64,000 nucleotides of DNA from the IMG/VR virus record IMGVR_UViG_3300031693_000204. One strand, 5' to 3'. Below the pieces are notes generated by a model. It saw only the letters and a program-made list of their open reading frames with translations, did not search any database and had not been told where the DNA came from. This stretch comes from an uncultured virus (IMG/VR IMGVR_UViG_3300031693_000204). Lineage: Duplodnaviria > Heunggongvirae > Uroviricota > Caudoviricetes. Position numbers and translations under genes: made by a program. Positions 27,990-38,050 of this stretch are shown here, piece after piece; positions within the stretch are counted from its first letter, which is position 1; every line of letters begins with the position of its first letter.

Positions 27990-29186
27990 ATGTCAAATCC
28001 ACAACAACTGATGAGAGCATTTTGGGACAGTACAGCCGATAGAAGGTATCCAAAATTGCCGACTTGCCCAACTGAAGGGGAGATAAGATCGGCGTTGTCT
28101 GAAAACAATCAAACATGCCCCCTCAATAAAATCATCATTGGAGATGAAAATCAAGGGAACATGCGAACTTTGAGAAGGTTCGCTTTCACGGCATGTAAGA
28201 GAATTAACCATTCTGCTCGTGGTTGTAACTTTGGTATATTTGCTCAATCGGGACAAGGCAAAACATTTGTTGTAAAGCAGTTTGCTGAAACGATTGGCAT
28301 TCCATTCGTCTTGATACAATCTGCCTCTTTGTCAGATACATGGCAGTTGTTCAAAGAGATTTGTGATGCTTGCGAAAAAGCGGGAACGCCTATCGTAGAT
28401 TGCAAAACAGACAAGAGCGATTACTCATTGCCTCCAGTGATTGTATTCTTCGATGAGTCCCATCAAATTCCTCGTAAGATGATGAAGGGTGGATTGTTGA
28501 ATGCGATGGAAGCCGATGATGGATATATGCTGGCCAAGCCTCCGGGCATGAACACGGACAGTATTGTCATCGACTGCAAAGAGGTTTGCTGGATCGCCGC
28601 AACAACAGAAAAAGGAATGTTGTTTGATGCTTTTGCAAACAGGCTTGGCACTCTTATTGAGTGGCAGAACGCTGGCATTGATCAAGTTACGGAAATTGTG
28701 AAACAAAAAATGGATTGGCGGGAAGAACACAATTATCTTCCCTTCTCCATGCCAGTTGAATCGTGTAAAATAGTTGCTCGTTACTGTCGTGTTCCTCGTG
28801 AGGCTGTTAGCTTTGCGGAGAAGGTCATTCAGCAGAGAGATATGATGCCGTCAGATGAATGGACGGAAGCTGCTGAAAAGGTGGCCAAGGACATTGGACT
28901 TGATGAGTGGGGATTCACAAAGAAGCAGATTGCGATACTTAAAGCAGTTGGTCAAAGACCAATCGCTCTGAAAGGTTTGCCGACCGTGGCACGTTGCCGC
29001 ATTGAGCAAATTGAAAAGTATGAACTGCCGAAATTGATTGGATACCACGATGGAGGTCCATTCTTGGTGCCTGTGTCTGGAAGAGGCATGTGTATTACTG
29101 AGGCTGGCTTGAAGCAATTGGAGAAGCGGGATATTGCCCACAAGGGTAATCGTGTAACCGCTGAATACTTTGAAAACAGGAGATAG
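27990..29186 (+). CDS. RuvB-like AAA+ ATPase
   Basis: SGQGKT, FFDESH, AATTEKGMLFDAFANRLG, RVPREA, GLDEWG, C-terminal winged-helix-like GRGMCITEAG. Confidence 0.7.
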   Translation: MSNPQQLMRAFWDSTADRRYPKLPTCPTEGEIRSALSENNQTCPLNKIIIGDENQGNMRTLRRFAFTACKRINHSARGCNFGIFAQSGQGKTFVVKQFAETIGIPFVLIQSASLSDTWQLFKEICDACEKAGTPIVDCKTDKSDYSLPPVIVFFDESHQIPRKMMKGGLLNAMEADDGYMLAKPPGMNTDSIVIDCKEVCWIAATTEKGMLFDAFANRLGTLIEWQNAGIDQVTEIVKQKMDWREEHNYLPFSMPVESCKIVARYCRVPREAVSFAEKVIQQRDMMPSDEWTEAAEKVAKDIGLDEWGFTKKQIAILKAVGQRPIALKGLPTVARCRIEQIEKYELPKLIGYHDGGPFLVPVSGRGMCITEAGLKQLEKRDIAHKGNRVTAEYFENRR

Positions 29187-29190
29187 TGAA

Positions 29191-29907
29191 ATGGATCTTC
29201 CTCGAATTAGTCCTTCTCGTCTTCAAAGAACAGTCGCAGACTGCGAGTATCCTGATGTGCCAGAGTCTTTCGAGTCTTTGTGTGAAAGCATGTCAGAAAC
29301 AAAATGGGCAAAGAATCTTAAACTTTCAGCCGATGTTGTTGGTCGTCTGATTGTTGCTCATGGAACAACTACAAAAGTTGAAATACCCGAAACAGTGGCC
29401 GAAGAGCCTGCTGCTCCAACCATTGAAAAAACAAAGTCTGCTGGAAAGGGCAAGAAGTATTGCCCCGGATGCGATGAGATCGTTGGCGCACGTTCGGCAG
29501 TGTGCAAGCATTGCGGACATGAGTTCCGTAAAGCTGCTGCCGCTGCTCCGAAGCCCGATCCAGTTGTTGACCCAGCGGAAGAGGAAGAGGCAATCGTGGA
29601 TTCGGTCTGCGAAACTCTGCTATCCGGTGAAGTAAAGCATCGTGCTTCTGGCATTGGTGTTCAGAGAGTCCATACACCGGCTGGAAAATGTCCCAGCAAA
29701 CTCCAAGGCACAAGTCTGGAAGAGGTTCGTGATTGGGGAGAGAGGGTCAGAGACACAGCCGGATCATCCAGAGTTTACACATATCATGCTCTCAAGTATT
29801 GGATAAGAGATTTTTATGATATGTGTGAATCGTGGAACAATCCAGATTGTGACTACAACATTGCTGTCCGTCACTTGACGGAAGTATATTCGCATGAGGT
29901 GCAATAA
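29191..29907 (+). CDS. Zn-ribbon hypothetical protein
   Basis: GKKYCPGC...CKHCGHEF. Confidence 0.6.
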   Translation: MDLPRISPSRLQRTVADCEYPDVPESFESLCESMSETKWAKNLKLSADVVGRLIVAHGTTTKVEIPETVAEEPAAPTIEKTKSAGKGKKYCPGCDEIVGARSAVCKHCGHEFRKAAAAAPKPDPVVDPAEEEEAIVDSVCETLLSGEVKHRASGIGVQRVHTPAGKCPSKLQGTSLEEVRDWGERVRDTAGSSRVYTYHALKYWIRDFYDMCESWNNPDCDYNIAVRHLTEVYSHEVQ

Positions 29908-31007
29908 TGAAAAGAAGTGAGATACACAAAAATGTAACAGATATGATGATCGCTTCTATTAACCAAGGAACACCACCTTGGCGAAAAACTTGGTCATTAA
30001 CATCAAGGCCAGATGTGATCGTTGAGTCTCCCAATGTGGGAAGCCCTTGCAACTTTCATAGTGGCCGCTGTTACAGCGGAATCAATCCGCTACTGTTGAT
30101 GCTCGCTTCTCAACATTATGGGTATGACTCAAGGCAGTGGGGAACAGACAAAGCATGGATGAATCATCTGGGTGCCAAAACAGATGGTCACGCCACAAGC
30201 ATCATACTATTTGCCTTCGTTCCGAAGAGAGACAAGGCAGGTAAGGTTGAAACCAACAAAGCGGGAGAGAAGATTACGTTCCCGTTGATGCGTGAGTTCC
30301 CGTTGTTCAATGCTGCTCAAGTCAAGCCTCCCATCGTGGAAGAGCTTCTGGACGGCAGATGTGGCAAGAAGACGGTGAGCGTGGTCAAGTCTCTGCTGAA
30401 AGGCACTGAGGCAAGAAGATCAAAGTCAACCGTGGAAGAGCTTCGGAAGATTGCCGGAAAGTACGCAAGAGAGTATGACGTATCAAACTTGACACGTCTT
30501 GAAATTGCGCAGGTGATCCATCGGGCTGTTGAAGAAAGAATTCACAAGTATCTGATTGTTGAGATCATTGAGTCTGAGCCTGACTTTGCACTGGCAGAAG
30601 AATTCATTAAAACCACTGGTGCAAAAATTGTGTATGGCCCAGACCCAAAGTATAAGTATCGAGGCGACATGATTCAAATGCCGTCGAAGAGAAACTTTGA
30701 TTCGCTGGCCGACTACTACGAAAGCATCTTCCATGAACTTTGTCATTGGGGAGAGGTAAGAGTCGGTCGGAAGAATAATGACTACAACTTCGGTGAGCTT
30801 GTCGCCGAGATTGGCGCATGTTTCTTAATGATGGAAATCGGAGTTCCTATGCACGCTGGCATGATGGAGCAACGGAAGGCATACGTTAAAAGCTGGCTGC
30901 GAGGAATGGAAAGCGATCATCGTTTCATATTTGATGCGAGTAAACAAGCCAGTAAGGTAGTAGACTTTCTACTGTCTATCAGTAACAACAACGTCAAAGT
31001 GGCATAA
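29907..31007 (+). CDS. ArdC-like ssDNA-binding / zincin antirestriction protein
   Basis: GTPPWRKTW, YSGIN, HELCHW, ELVAEIGA, YVKSWL. Confidence 0.8.
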   Translation: MKRSEIHKNVTDMMIASINQGTPPWRKTWSLTSRPDVIVESPNVGSPCNFHSGRCYSGINPLLLMLASQHYGYDSRQWGTDKAWMNHLGAKTDGHATSIILFAFVPKRDKAGKVETNKAGEKITFPLMREFPLFNAAQVKPPIVEELLDGRCGKKTVSVVKSLLKGTEARRSKSTVEELRKIAGKYAREYDVSNLTRLEIAQVIHRAVEERIHKYLIVEIIESEPDFALAEEFIKTTGAKIVYGPDPKYKYRGDMIQMPSKRNFDSLADYYESIFHELCHWGEVRVGRKNNDYNFGELVAEIGACFLMMEIGVPMHAGMMEQRKAYVKSWLRGMESDHRFIFDASKQASKVVDFLLSISNNNVKVA

Positions 31008-31018
31008 GGAAAATAGCA

Positions 31019-31429
31019 ATGAGCAAGAAATTTCTTACATTACAACCGGAGGGAACATCAGATCGTCCACGTTTCTCTATCATGGATGATGAAGGGAATC
31101 ATCTTGATGAAAGAAATGATTCGTGGGGAGATCGAGACAAGGCAACTTTGTATGCCAACGCCGCCGATGGTTGTCGGAAGATACAAAACATTCTCTTAGA
31201 TAAGTTTGGCAACTTGCCGAACCGGAGATTCGTTGTTCCGCTCTTCGTTGATCTTTATTGCGAAGATGAAGTGACAGAGAAGCAGGTTGCTGACTGGTTG
31301 CATCAAGTCACAAGGATTGCAACTGATGTTGATCGACATGGTTTAGGGCCGGTTGCCGAAAGTCTCGGTCTGCTCAATATTGATTGGAATTTACTGAGGG
31401 AGATGGACAATGCAAAACATAGTAGCTAG
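31019..31429 (+). CDS. Hypothetical protein
   Basis: 136 aa ORF with RBS. Confidence 0.6.
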   Translation: MSKKFLTLQPEGTSDRPRFSIMDDEGNHLDERNDSWGDRDKATLYANAADGCRKIQNILLDKFGNLPNRRFVVPLFVDLYCEDEVTEKQVADWLHQVTRIATDVDRHGLGPVAESLGLLNIDWNLLREMDNAKHSS

Positions 31430-32117
31430 ACTGTTCTTGGTCTCTCCATTATGGGTGATGTATTTCTTTCACCAAACACACAATGGCCCAGCGCATGAAG
31501 AGATGAATTTCTCCACTCTGCTCATGTTATCTGGCGGCATGTTCGCACTTTTGGCATGGAAGGACTACGGAAGAGCGCCACGATCATCAATATCTGTCAT
31601 CATAAGAAACATGGCAATGATATTTTGTGTGCTGTGCTCCTTTTTTATGTTGTTTGGATTTCCGTGGAGTATGTGGTACATGATGTCCCATGCTTTTACA
31701 TGGTTCTTTGTCTCAGTGCAAAAGATACTAAGCGTTATTGCGAGCAATACGATCTATCCCATGATGCAATCAAACTACAAGGAAGTATTAAAGACAGGAT
31801 GGCATCCGTATTGGGACACAACTGTCTTTAATTTTGACAGTGAACTCATTAACGATGGTGGGTTTGAAGAGCCGGTTACAAATTTTGTTCCGCCTGACGA
31901 TTGGAAGTTTCAGTGTCCCAGTTGTGGTGCTAGACAACAAACCAACTTTGGGGTGTGCTGGAATTGCAACTATGGTGCAGACGGTGATGATACGGCTTAT
32001 CAAGAAAGGTGGGGTCATCTTGATCCAAATCCTCCAAGGCCGTATAATGCTCCCACGGATGATCCGCCGCCACCAACTTCATCGGGAGAGTACATCCCGA
32101 TAGAACCTCGAAGATAA
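31410..32117 (+). CDS. Membrane protein with C-terminal Zn ribbon
   Basis: Several hydrophobic segments; CPSCG...CWNC. Confidence 0.6.
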   Translation: MQNIVARLFLVSPLWVMYFFHQTHNGPAHEEMNFSTLLMLSGGMFALLAWKDYGRAPRSSISVIIRNMAMIFCVLCSFFMLFGFPWSMWYMMSHAFTWFFVSVQKILSVIASNTIYPMMQSNYKEVLKTGWHPYWDTTVFNFDSELINDGGFEEPVTNFVPPDDWKFQCPSCGARQQTNFGVCWNCNYGADGDDTAYQERWGHLDPNPPRPYNAPTDDPPPPTSSGEYIPIEPRR

Positions 32118-32298
32118 AGGAGTAGACCATGTTAGATTGAAGTATTTTGTATTTGTTGCTTGGCATTGTGATCGGCACTCTTTTGACAGCAAAGTCTGCA
32201 AAGGAAGTGTTGTCGAATTTACCAGAGGCCGTTGTATGCAGTTGGTTTCAATAGTTTCTTACATGATGTAAGAAAATACAAAAAAGAGAAGCAATGGA

Positions 32299-33417
32299 AT
32301 GCTCGAAGTACAAAAATACCTGATATCAGGCAAGACGCTAGATGATCTTACAGATGATCTAGCAATAAAAGCATGTCATCACCCAGACCTACCACTGGTT
32401 ATCTTAAACTATAACCAGATTGAAAGTAGCCCCAAAACTCATCCTATCGTCAGAGAATGTCGTGCCTTGACTCTCGACACACGGGATTGGTCCATAGTTG
32501 CGAGAAGTATGGAGAGGTTCTTTAATTGGGGAGAAGTAGCAGATGAGATGCCAGACTTTGATTTCTCGGATTTCATTATCCAGAGTAAAGAAGATGGTTC
32601 TCTTGTCTTAGTTTATCATTTCGATGGCGAGTGGCATATCAACACTCGTGGGTCATTCGCAAAAGATACCATGCAGTTCCAAGATTTCACTTGGACTGAG
32701 GGAATTTTGCGTGCGCTCAATGTCGATAAGCTAAGCAGTCTCGAAAACCATCTTGACAAGAACGTCACATACATCTGTGAGTTCTGCTCTACATGGAATA
32801 AGATAGTTCGCACTTACTCTGATCCAATCGTCTACTTGCTTACAGCATTTGAGGGCAAGCGTGAATTGACGTGGGATGAGTTGGACGCTATCCAGAATGG
32901 AATTATGTCTGCCCCAGACATAATTTCCTTTAAGAGCATTGAAGAAATTCAAGAGTTCATTAAAGAACAAGAGGAAAATGATCCGACATTTGAAGGTGTA
33001 GTTATCAGGGATCGTGCTGGGCGACGATGGAAAGTCAAGAGTGCAACATATCTTGGACTACATCGCTTGCGTGGTGAGGGCGACAATGTTTGGAATCCAA
33101 AGCATCTTATCCCTTTCATCCTGACCGGAGAAGACGATGAGTTGCTGACTTATTTCCCAGAGGTTCGAGGCACGTTCTACGAATACAAATGTTGTGTTCT
33201 GAATGCTTACGCCGACTTGGTTGAACTGTGGGGAGACAACTGGTCAATCGAAGATCAAAAAGAATTCGCTCTAGCGATCAAGGATGAAAGTCCCTTTGCT
33301 GGAATACTGTTCAACATACGAAAGATACATGGCGAACACCAGAAATCCAAGCACTTGAAAGAGGCGTGGCGTGAGTCGCCAGATGCGATATTCAAAACAC
33401 TTTTCAAAAAGAAATGA
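32299..33417 (+). CDS. T4 Rnl1-like RNA ligase
   Basis: ECRAL, RFFNWGE, KEDGSL, TRGSF, EGVVI, KVKS..Y. Confidence 0.8.
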   Translation: MLEVQKYLISGKTLDDLTDDLAIKACHHPDLPLVILNYNQIESSPKTHPIVRECRALTLDTRDWSIVARSMERFFNWGEVADEMPDFDFSDFIIQSKEDGSLVLVYHFDGEWHINTRGSFAKDTMQFQDFTWTEGILRALNVDKLSSLENHLDKNVTYICEFCSTWNKIVRTYSDPIVYLLTAFEGKRELTWDELDAIQNGIMSAPDIISFKSIEEIQEFIKEQEENDPTFEGVVIRDRAGRRWKVKSATYLGLHRLRGEGDNVWNPKHLIPFILTGEDDELLTYFPEVRGTFYEYKCCVLNAYADLVELWGDNWSIEDQKEFALAIKDESPFAGILFNIRKIHGEHQKSKHLKEAWRESPDAIFKTLFKKK

Positions 33418-33589
33418 GATAAACCCGGACGAATCCTGATCAGCCCGGTTAGTAGAGGGTGTAAGAACGAAAGACACTCAACACTAACCGGAGGACAGTC
33501 CAATCAGTACCGAAAACATCATCGCTCAATCGTTTGTATTTTCAGACCTAAACTATCCAGAAGTCTTCTACTATGGTGACATTCGCCAC

Positions 33590-34249
33590 ATGCGAGGGTT
33601 GTTAATCGAAGGCGGCTTTCCCCAGCGGTGTTACGTTGGGGAATGGGTTGATGGTCTGTGGCAAGATCATTACGCCGACAAGAGGCCGGGAGACACCATC
33701 GAAGTTACGATCAAGATGGGCGAAGAGACGCATAAAGAAAATTGGGATGTTCTTAAAGCTCCCGATCATTGGGCCGATCTTTGCGAACAAGAGTCTGAGG
33801 ACAATGAGTCTGATTGCTTTGACACAAGCATGGACACGTTTGACGTTTACATGCTTGAGCCGGGTGATTGTATATTTGATGCAGTCGAGATTGAGGATGA
33901 AAAATATCCCCTAATGAAATGGGGGATTGTGAAGTTGCACAGCAGAGATGCCGATCTGTTGTATATGGTGCCGTTATTGGAAAGTGATCCATACGGCAAC
34001 ATTACTGATCCAGATCATCCGTATCTTAAAGATAATTTATGGTATGGCGTCTTCATTGAAGACACCGAAGCCCAAGATCATCTTATGGCCTACACTGGTC
34101 ACGGAGTGTGGATTCACAGAACAGACTTGCTGGGTATAGACAGAGATACTTGTCGCAGTCAAATTGTAGAGCCGTGTAGAAAGTCTTTGTCGGATATGGT
34201 CAGTGGAATCATATCGGACACCGGGAAGGGAAGCAGGAGGAAACCATGA
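33590..34249 (+). CDS. Hypothetical acidic protein (may start at ATC 33503)
   Basis: Frame open upstream to a GGAGGA RBS. Confidence 0.6.
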   Translation: MRGLLIEGGFPQRCYVGEWVDGLWQDHYADKRPGDTIEVTIKMGEETHKENWDVLKAPDHWADLCEQESEDNESDCFDTSMDTFDVYMLEPGDCIFDAVEIEDEKYPLMKWGIVKLHSRDADLLYMVPLLESDPYGNITDPDHPYLKDNLWYGVFIEDTEAQDHLMAYTGHGVWIHRTDLLGIDRDTCRSQIVEPCRKSLSDMVSGIISDTGKGSRRKP

Positions 34250-34755
34250 AATTCAAAGATTTACCAAGATTCACAAGCGAAGGCAGTTATCGGGTGAACC
34301 AGTCATGGGATCACCTCGAAAACTGGATTGAGCGACATCTGGAAATGGGACTTGATATTGATCCTGATTTCCAACGTGGTCACGTTTGGACCGAAGATCA
34401 GCAAAGAGCATTTGTTGAATTCGGACTTCAAGGTGGACAGGGAAGCAATGAGCTTCGCTACAACTGCGTTGGTTGGATGGGAGATTTCCGAGGACCGTTT
34501 GTCTTGGTGGATGGAAAGCAGCGGCTCGAAGCGGTTCGCAAGTTTCTGAAAGATGAATTGACTGTCTTTGACGGTATTGTCTTCAGTGAATTTGAAGGTC
34601 GATTACCTCATTACGCCGAGTTTGTTGTTATGGTAAACAATCTCTCAACAAGAACGGAAGTTCTCAAGTGGTATCTTGAGATCAACACTGGTGGTGTTGT
34701 TCATACTAAAGAGGAATTGGACAAAGTTCGTAATCTTTTGAAAGAAGAAAACTGA
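34246..34755 (+). CDS. DUF262 family protein
   Basis: PDFQRGHVW, VDGKQRL, EINTGG. Confidence 0.8.
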   Translation: MKFKDLPRFTSEGSYRVNQSWDHLENWIERHLEMGLDIDPDFQRGHVWTEDQQRAFVEFGLQGGQGSNELRYNCVGWMGDFRGPFVLVDGKQRLEAVRKFLKDELTVFDGIVFSEFEGRLPHYAEFVVMVNNLSTRTEVLKWYLEINTGGVVHTKEELDKVRNLLKEEN

Positions 34756-34756
34756 T

Positions 34757-35028
34757 ATGGCAGCAGAACAACGAGTTTCAGAGCGAGTCCTTGAAATTCT
34801 TAAAGGGATGACATCAAGCACGTCAAACATGCGTGGTCGTTCTTAAAGCCGGGTGGCCGACTTGTTTCTGTATGCTCCATGTCTCATACATTCCGGGACA
34901 ACAAAGCCAGCGTGGAATTCAGAGAATGGTTGGCAGAAGTTGGTGCAGTGCAGCATGATCTTGTAGAAGGAACATTCAAATCATCCGGCACAATGGTCAG
35001 CACTTGCCTGATTTCAGCGACAAAGTAA
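34757..35028 (+). pseudogene. Internally deleted DNA methyltransferase remnant
   Basis: MAAEQRVSERVLEILK joined out of frame to DIKHVKHAWSFLKPGGRLVS...FREWL...GTFKSSGTMV. Confidence 0.6.
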
Positions 35029-35231
35029 CCGGACACCGGGAAATATACTGTAACTTTTGGTCAAAAAGTTTGCATTGCAACAGAAATTTCTGTTGTAAAG
35101 CACAAATCAGGGTTGCAGATCATAATCTGGTCTGTAATACTGGTTGACAACGATTTGAATGTTTTGCTGTAAAGCAAAAAGAGGGGAACACGAAGTGGCC
35201 CTCTCTCCACAACCCTTGAATGGAGTCAAAA

Positions 35232-35486
35232 ATGTCTGATCTGAAACGTCTGGTGCTTTCTCGTAAGAAAGACCAAAGAATCCGAATCGGAAACATGTGG
35301 GTCACTCCCATTGCGGTTCGAGGCGACAAAGTTCGTCTTCTGTTTGAAGCAGACGCAGGAGTGAAAATTCTAAGAGAAGAATGCTTGTCACCCGAGGAAC
35401 AATACGACTGTGTTGTTCTTGGAAAAGAGCCACAACCAGAACCGGCACCTCTAGCGTCGGCAATGGAAACTCGAAAAACTGCATGA
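35232..35486 (+). CDS. csrA: Carbon storage regulator CsrA-like RNA-binding protein
   Basis: LVLSRKKDQRIRIG...VRGDKVRLLFEA...VKILREE. Confidence 0.8.
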   Translation: MSDLKRLVLSRKKDQRIRIGNMWVTPIAVRGDKVRLLFEADAGVKILREECLSPEEQYDCVVLGKEPQPEPAPLASAMETRKTA

Positions 35487-35589
35487 TCTGTCTTGTAATA
35501 CAACTTTTGTATTCACCCTTAATCGGGCAGGGTAGATCATTCGTTAATTCTGCCCTGCCTCTCACCTATTGGTAATGTTGAGATGGTAA

Positions 35590-35829
35590 ATGAACGAAAA
35601 GCAACTGGAGCAGGCAGTATTTGGAGCGTTGGACGGAACTGGATATTTTCGACACTTGCTTTCCAGCGGAAAAGTAACCGTTGAAGCTAAGCTCTCAAAA
35701 GAGGAAGAAGTAATTACATTGCGTGGGGAAGTACGCAGCTTTCACCTAAAATCAGTTGCCCAGACAGCGGCACGGATAAATGGGTGTAGAGTGGAAAACC
35801 TAATCAATGTAACAGGATACGGTCAGTAG
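35590..35829 (+). CDS. BON-domain protein
   Basis: VITLRGEVRSFHLKSVAQTAA...VENLINV. Confidence 0.65.
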   Translation: MNEKQLEQAVFGALDGTGYFRHLLSSGKVTVEAKLSKEEEVITLRGEVRSFHLKSVAQTAARINGCRVENLINVTGYGQ

Positions 35830-36021
35830 CTTACAGAAACTAAGATATTTCTGTTATTCTGTGGTTACTACTTTACTTTGCTTTATGATCAACGTATGAT
35901 TGTGTTGTAAAGCAAAAAGACTCGCAACCCAAAACGTCTCTAACCGGACACCGGGAAGAGGGTCAACAACGCTTCGGCAGTGTAGCCGAGGCATCCTTAA
36001 CCGCAGTGGAGGAATTGAACA

Positions 36022-36660
36022 ATGGCGAAGCAAGCATCCGAGTTGACGTTGGTGATCCGAGGTCTCTGTGTCGAGACAAGTGGTGCCATTACCCATGCCC
36101 AAGCCCGACCCCGTTTGAAAGCGGCTGGCCTCAAGATCGTTCGTGATCCGGGTCGGCAGTCGAAGGAGTTGGCACAGTGGTCCGAGTACGATGTGGACTA
36201 CAATGATCCCGAGTCGCTCCAAAGCACGGCAGATGCGTGTCGGTTCGACGAAGAGACGATGAAGTCCGTCGTCAAAGAGCATAAGGCTCGCCTTGTGTTC
36301 CACAAGGAACGCAACAACTTCGACGTGACGAAGAATATCTGGAAGAAGAATGCGGCCAGTGGAAAGCCCAGCGAAAGTCGCAAGCCGGTTGCTGCCGAAA
36401 TTCCGAATAGCCGGGCTGTTGCTGCTTCTGCCACACCGGCACCAGCACGTCCTCGTGGACCGGGGCGTCCGAAGAAAGTGGCTGCTCCTTCGGTGTTGAC
36501 CACCGGAGCAGAGTTGGAAGCTCTTGCGTTCTGCGAAGCGAATGGTGGATTGTCGAATGTCGAAACATTGCTTTCTGATGCTCGTCAATCTGTTACCGAT
36601 CTCGAAACCGTCGTCGAGACCGTCGAAGCACTTACGAAGCGAGTTACGGCTGCTGCGTAA
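36022..36660 (+). CDS. Hypothetical protein with AT-hook-like motif
   Basis: GGAGG RBS; RPRGPGRPKK. Confidence 0.7.
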   Translation: MAKQASELTLVIRGLCVETSGAITHAQARPRLKAAGLKIVRDPGRQSKELAQWSEYDVDYNDPESLQSTADACRFDEETMKSVVKEHKARLVFHKERNNFDVTKNIWKKNAASGKPSESRKPVAAEIPNSRAVAASATPAPARPRGPGRPKKVAAPSVLTTGAELEALAFCEANGGLSNVETLLSDARQSVTDLETVVETVEALTKRVTAAA

Positions 36661-36670
36661 GCGAAACCTT

Positions 36671-36785
36671 AACAGCACAGAGGAAACGAACCCCGTTCCT
36701 CTGTGCTGTTTTTTGATTCATTGAATTGTGTCCGCTGCGGGATACGGAGAGCGGCGGCGGGGCATTTGATCTGCCGTCGCTTTTT
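36671..36785 (+). terminator. Two tandem intrinsic terminators (36671-36714, 36750-36785)
   Basis: AACAGCACAGAGGAA/TTCCTCTGTGCTGTT plus T-run; GCGGCGGCGG/CTGCCGTCGC plus T-run. Confidence 0.7.
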
Positions 36786-36812
36786 AAGGAACAGGACACC
36801 GGGAAACAGAAT

Positions 36813-37445
36813 ATGAACAAAGAACACCCTCGATACATTACTGTTGGCTGGAGCAATTTTGCTCTTGGTCGTCATAAGCCCGGAAGCGGTTTTTCTTACA
36901 GCGAACTTAACTTTGGTGGCAAACAGGTTGAAGATGAAGTTTGCTCTTTGGTTATGGAGAACTGGAAGAACGTAGTTCCCGGCGATGGAGAAACGGACTT
37001 GAATCGTAAGATTCTTGTTCCTGTTCCAACAAAAGGATTCTTCTGCGCTCCTCGTGCAAAAATTGTATTGGGAATGCCAATTCAGGCAGAAATCGTTGCA
37101 CGACAGGAAGGCGAAGACCCATTCGTTGATACGTTTGTGTATCCAGATGACGCCATCAAGTATGATGCTCTGATTACCAAGCAAGCAAAAACCGTAAACA
37201 TTGTCTGTTACAGTGCGGAAGCACTTACAGAAAATGATGGTGAGCGATCAACAGATTGCGATTGGGAAATCGTTTGTGTTCTTTGTGAGGATGGAGATAA
37301 ATCTCCAATGCCGCCATTAACGATGGCTCGAAACATGCTGGAAAAGCCGGGTGGAACGCTAAGTGAATACACCGGCAAAGAGTTTGCCGATGCAGTTTGG
37401 CATTATGGAACTCAAAAAACTCTCAAGGTAAAGGCCAGACCATGA
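36813..37445 (+). CDS. Hypothetical protein
   Basis: PMPPLTMARNML..PGGT; coding-like ORF after motif. Confidence 0.65.
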   Translation: MNKEHPRYITVGWSNFALGRHKPGSGFSYSELNFGGKQVEDEVCSLVMENWKNVVPGDGETDLNRKILVPVPTKGFFCAPRAKIVLGMPIQAEIVARQEGEDPFVDTFVYPDDAIKYDALITKQAKTVNIVCYSAEALTENDGERSTDCDWEIVCVLCEDGDKSPMPPLTMARNMLEKPGGTLSEYTGKEFADAVWHYGTQKTLKVKARP

Positions 37446-38050
37446 AATATGTTGAAGGCGATCTGTTCGAGGGAATGAAGGGAATGAAGGCAATCGAAGA
37501 TGGCACTATTGTCATTGCTCATGTCTGTAATGATCAAGGGAAAATGGGGGCAGGTTTCGTCATCCCGCTACAGAAAACTTTCCCAGATGCCAAGACAGCA
37601 TACACTGAATGGCATCGTGGTCAAACCGATAAAGAGATTCGAGCAAGTGTTTGCCCGGTCTCAAGTACCGGGCCATGTGAGTTAGGGCAAACACAATTTG
37701 TTCAAGTACAGGGCAAGACAGAGGAGTCTCCTCGAATTCTCGTTGCCAACATGGTTGCCCAAACTTTGGGTGGCGACCGACCGTTGTATTACAATGAGCT
37801 TGTCCACTGCATGGAGCAAGTAGGATTAAGGGCAAATGGCCTAGCTAAACTCAATATAATCTGCCCGATGTTCGGCGGTGCTCTTGCTGGCGGCAAGTGG
37901 GAGTTTGTGTCTGAGTTGATTAAAGACTGTTGGGTTTCTTTGGCAGCGGAAGTGACAGTCTATTACCTGCCTCAGTTCGTCAAGGCCGAAGACTGGAAAG
38001 TGATGGGATTACCGACTCCAGCGGTGCGAACGCAAGGAGAAACAAAATGA
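37442..38050 (+). CDS. Macro domain protein (Poa1/TARG1-like)
   Basis: KYVEGDLF, IAHVCND.GKMGAGF, PMFGGALAGGKW. Confidence 0.8.
   Translation: MKYVEGDLFEGMKGMKAIEDGTIVIAHVCNDQGKMGAGFVIPLQKTFPDAKTAYTEWHRGQTDKEIRASVCPVSSTGPCELGQTQFVQVQGKTEESPRILVANMVAQTLGGDRPLYYNELVHCMEQVGLRANGLAKLNIICPMFGGALAGGKWEFVSELIKDCWVSLAAEVTVYYLPQFVKAEDWKVMGLPTPAVRTQGETK

Noticed and set aside
33436..33475. Hammerhead ribozyme (CTGATCAG...CGAAA)
   Set aside because: Core is not CUGANGA and the stems do not fit hammerhead topology
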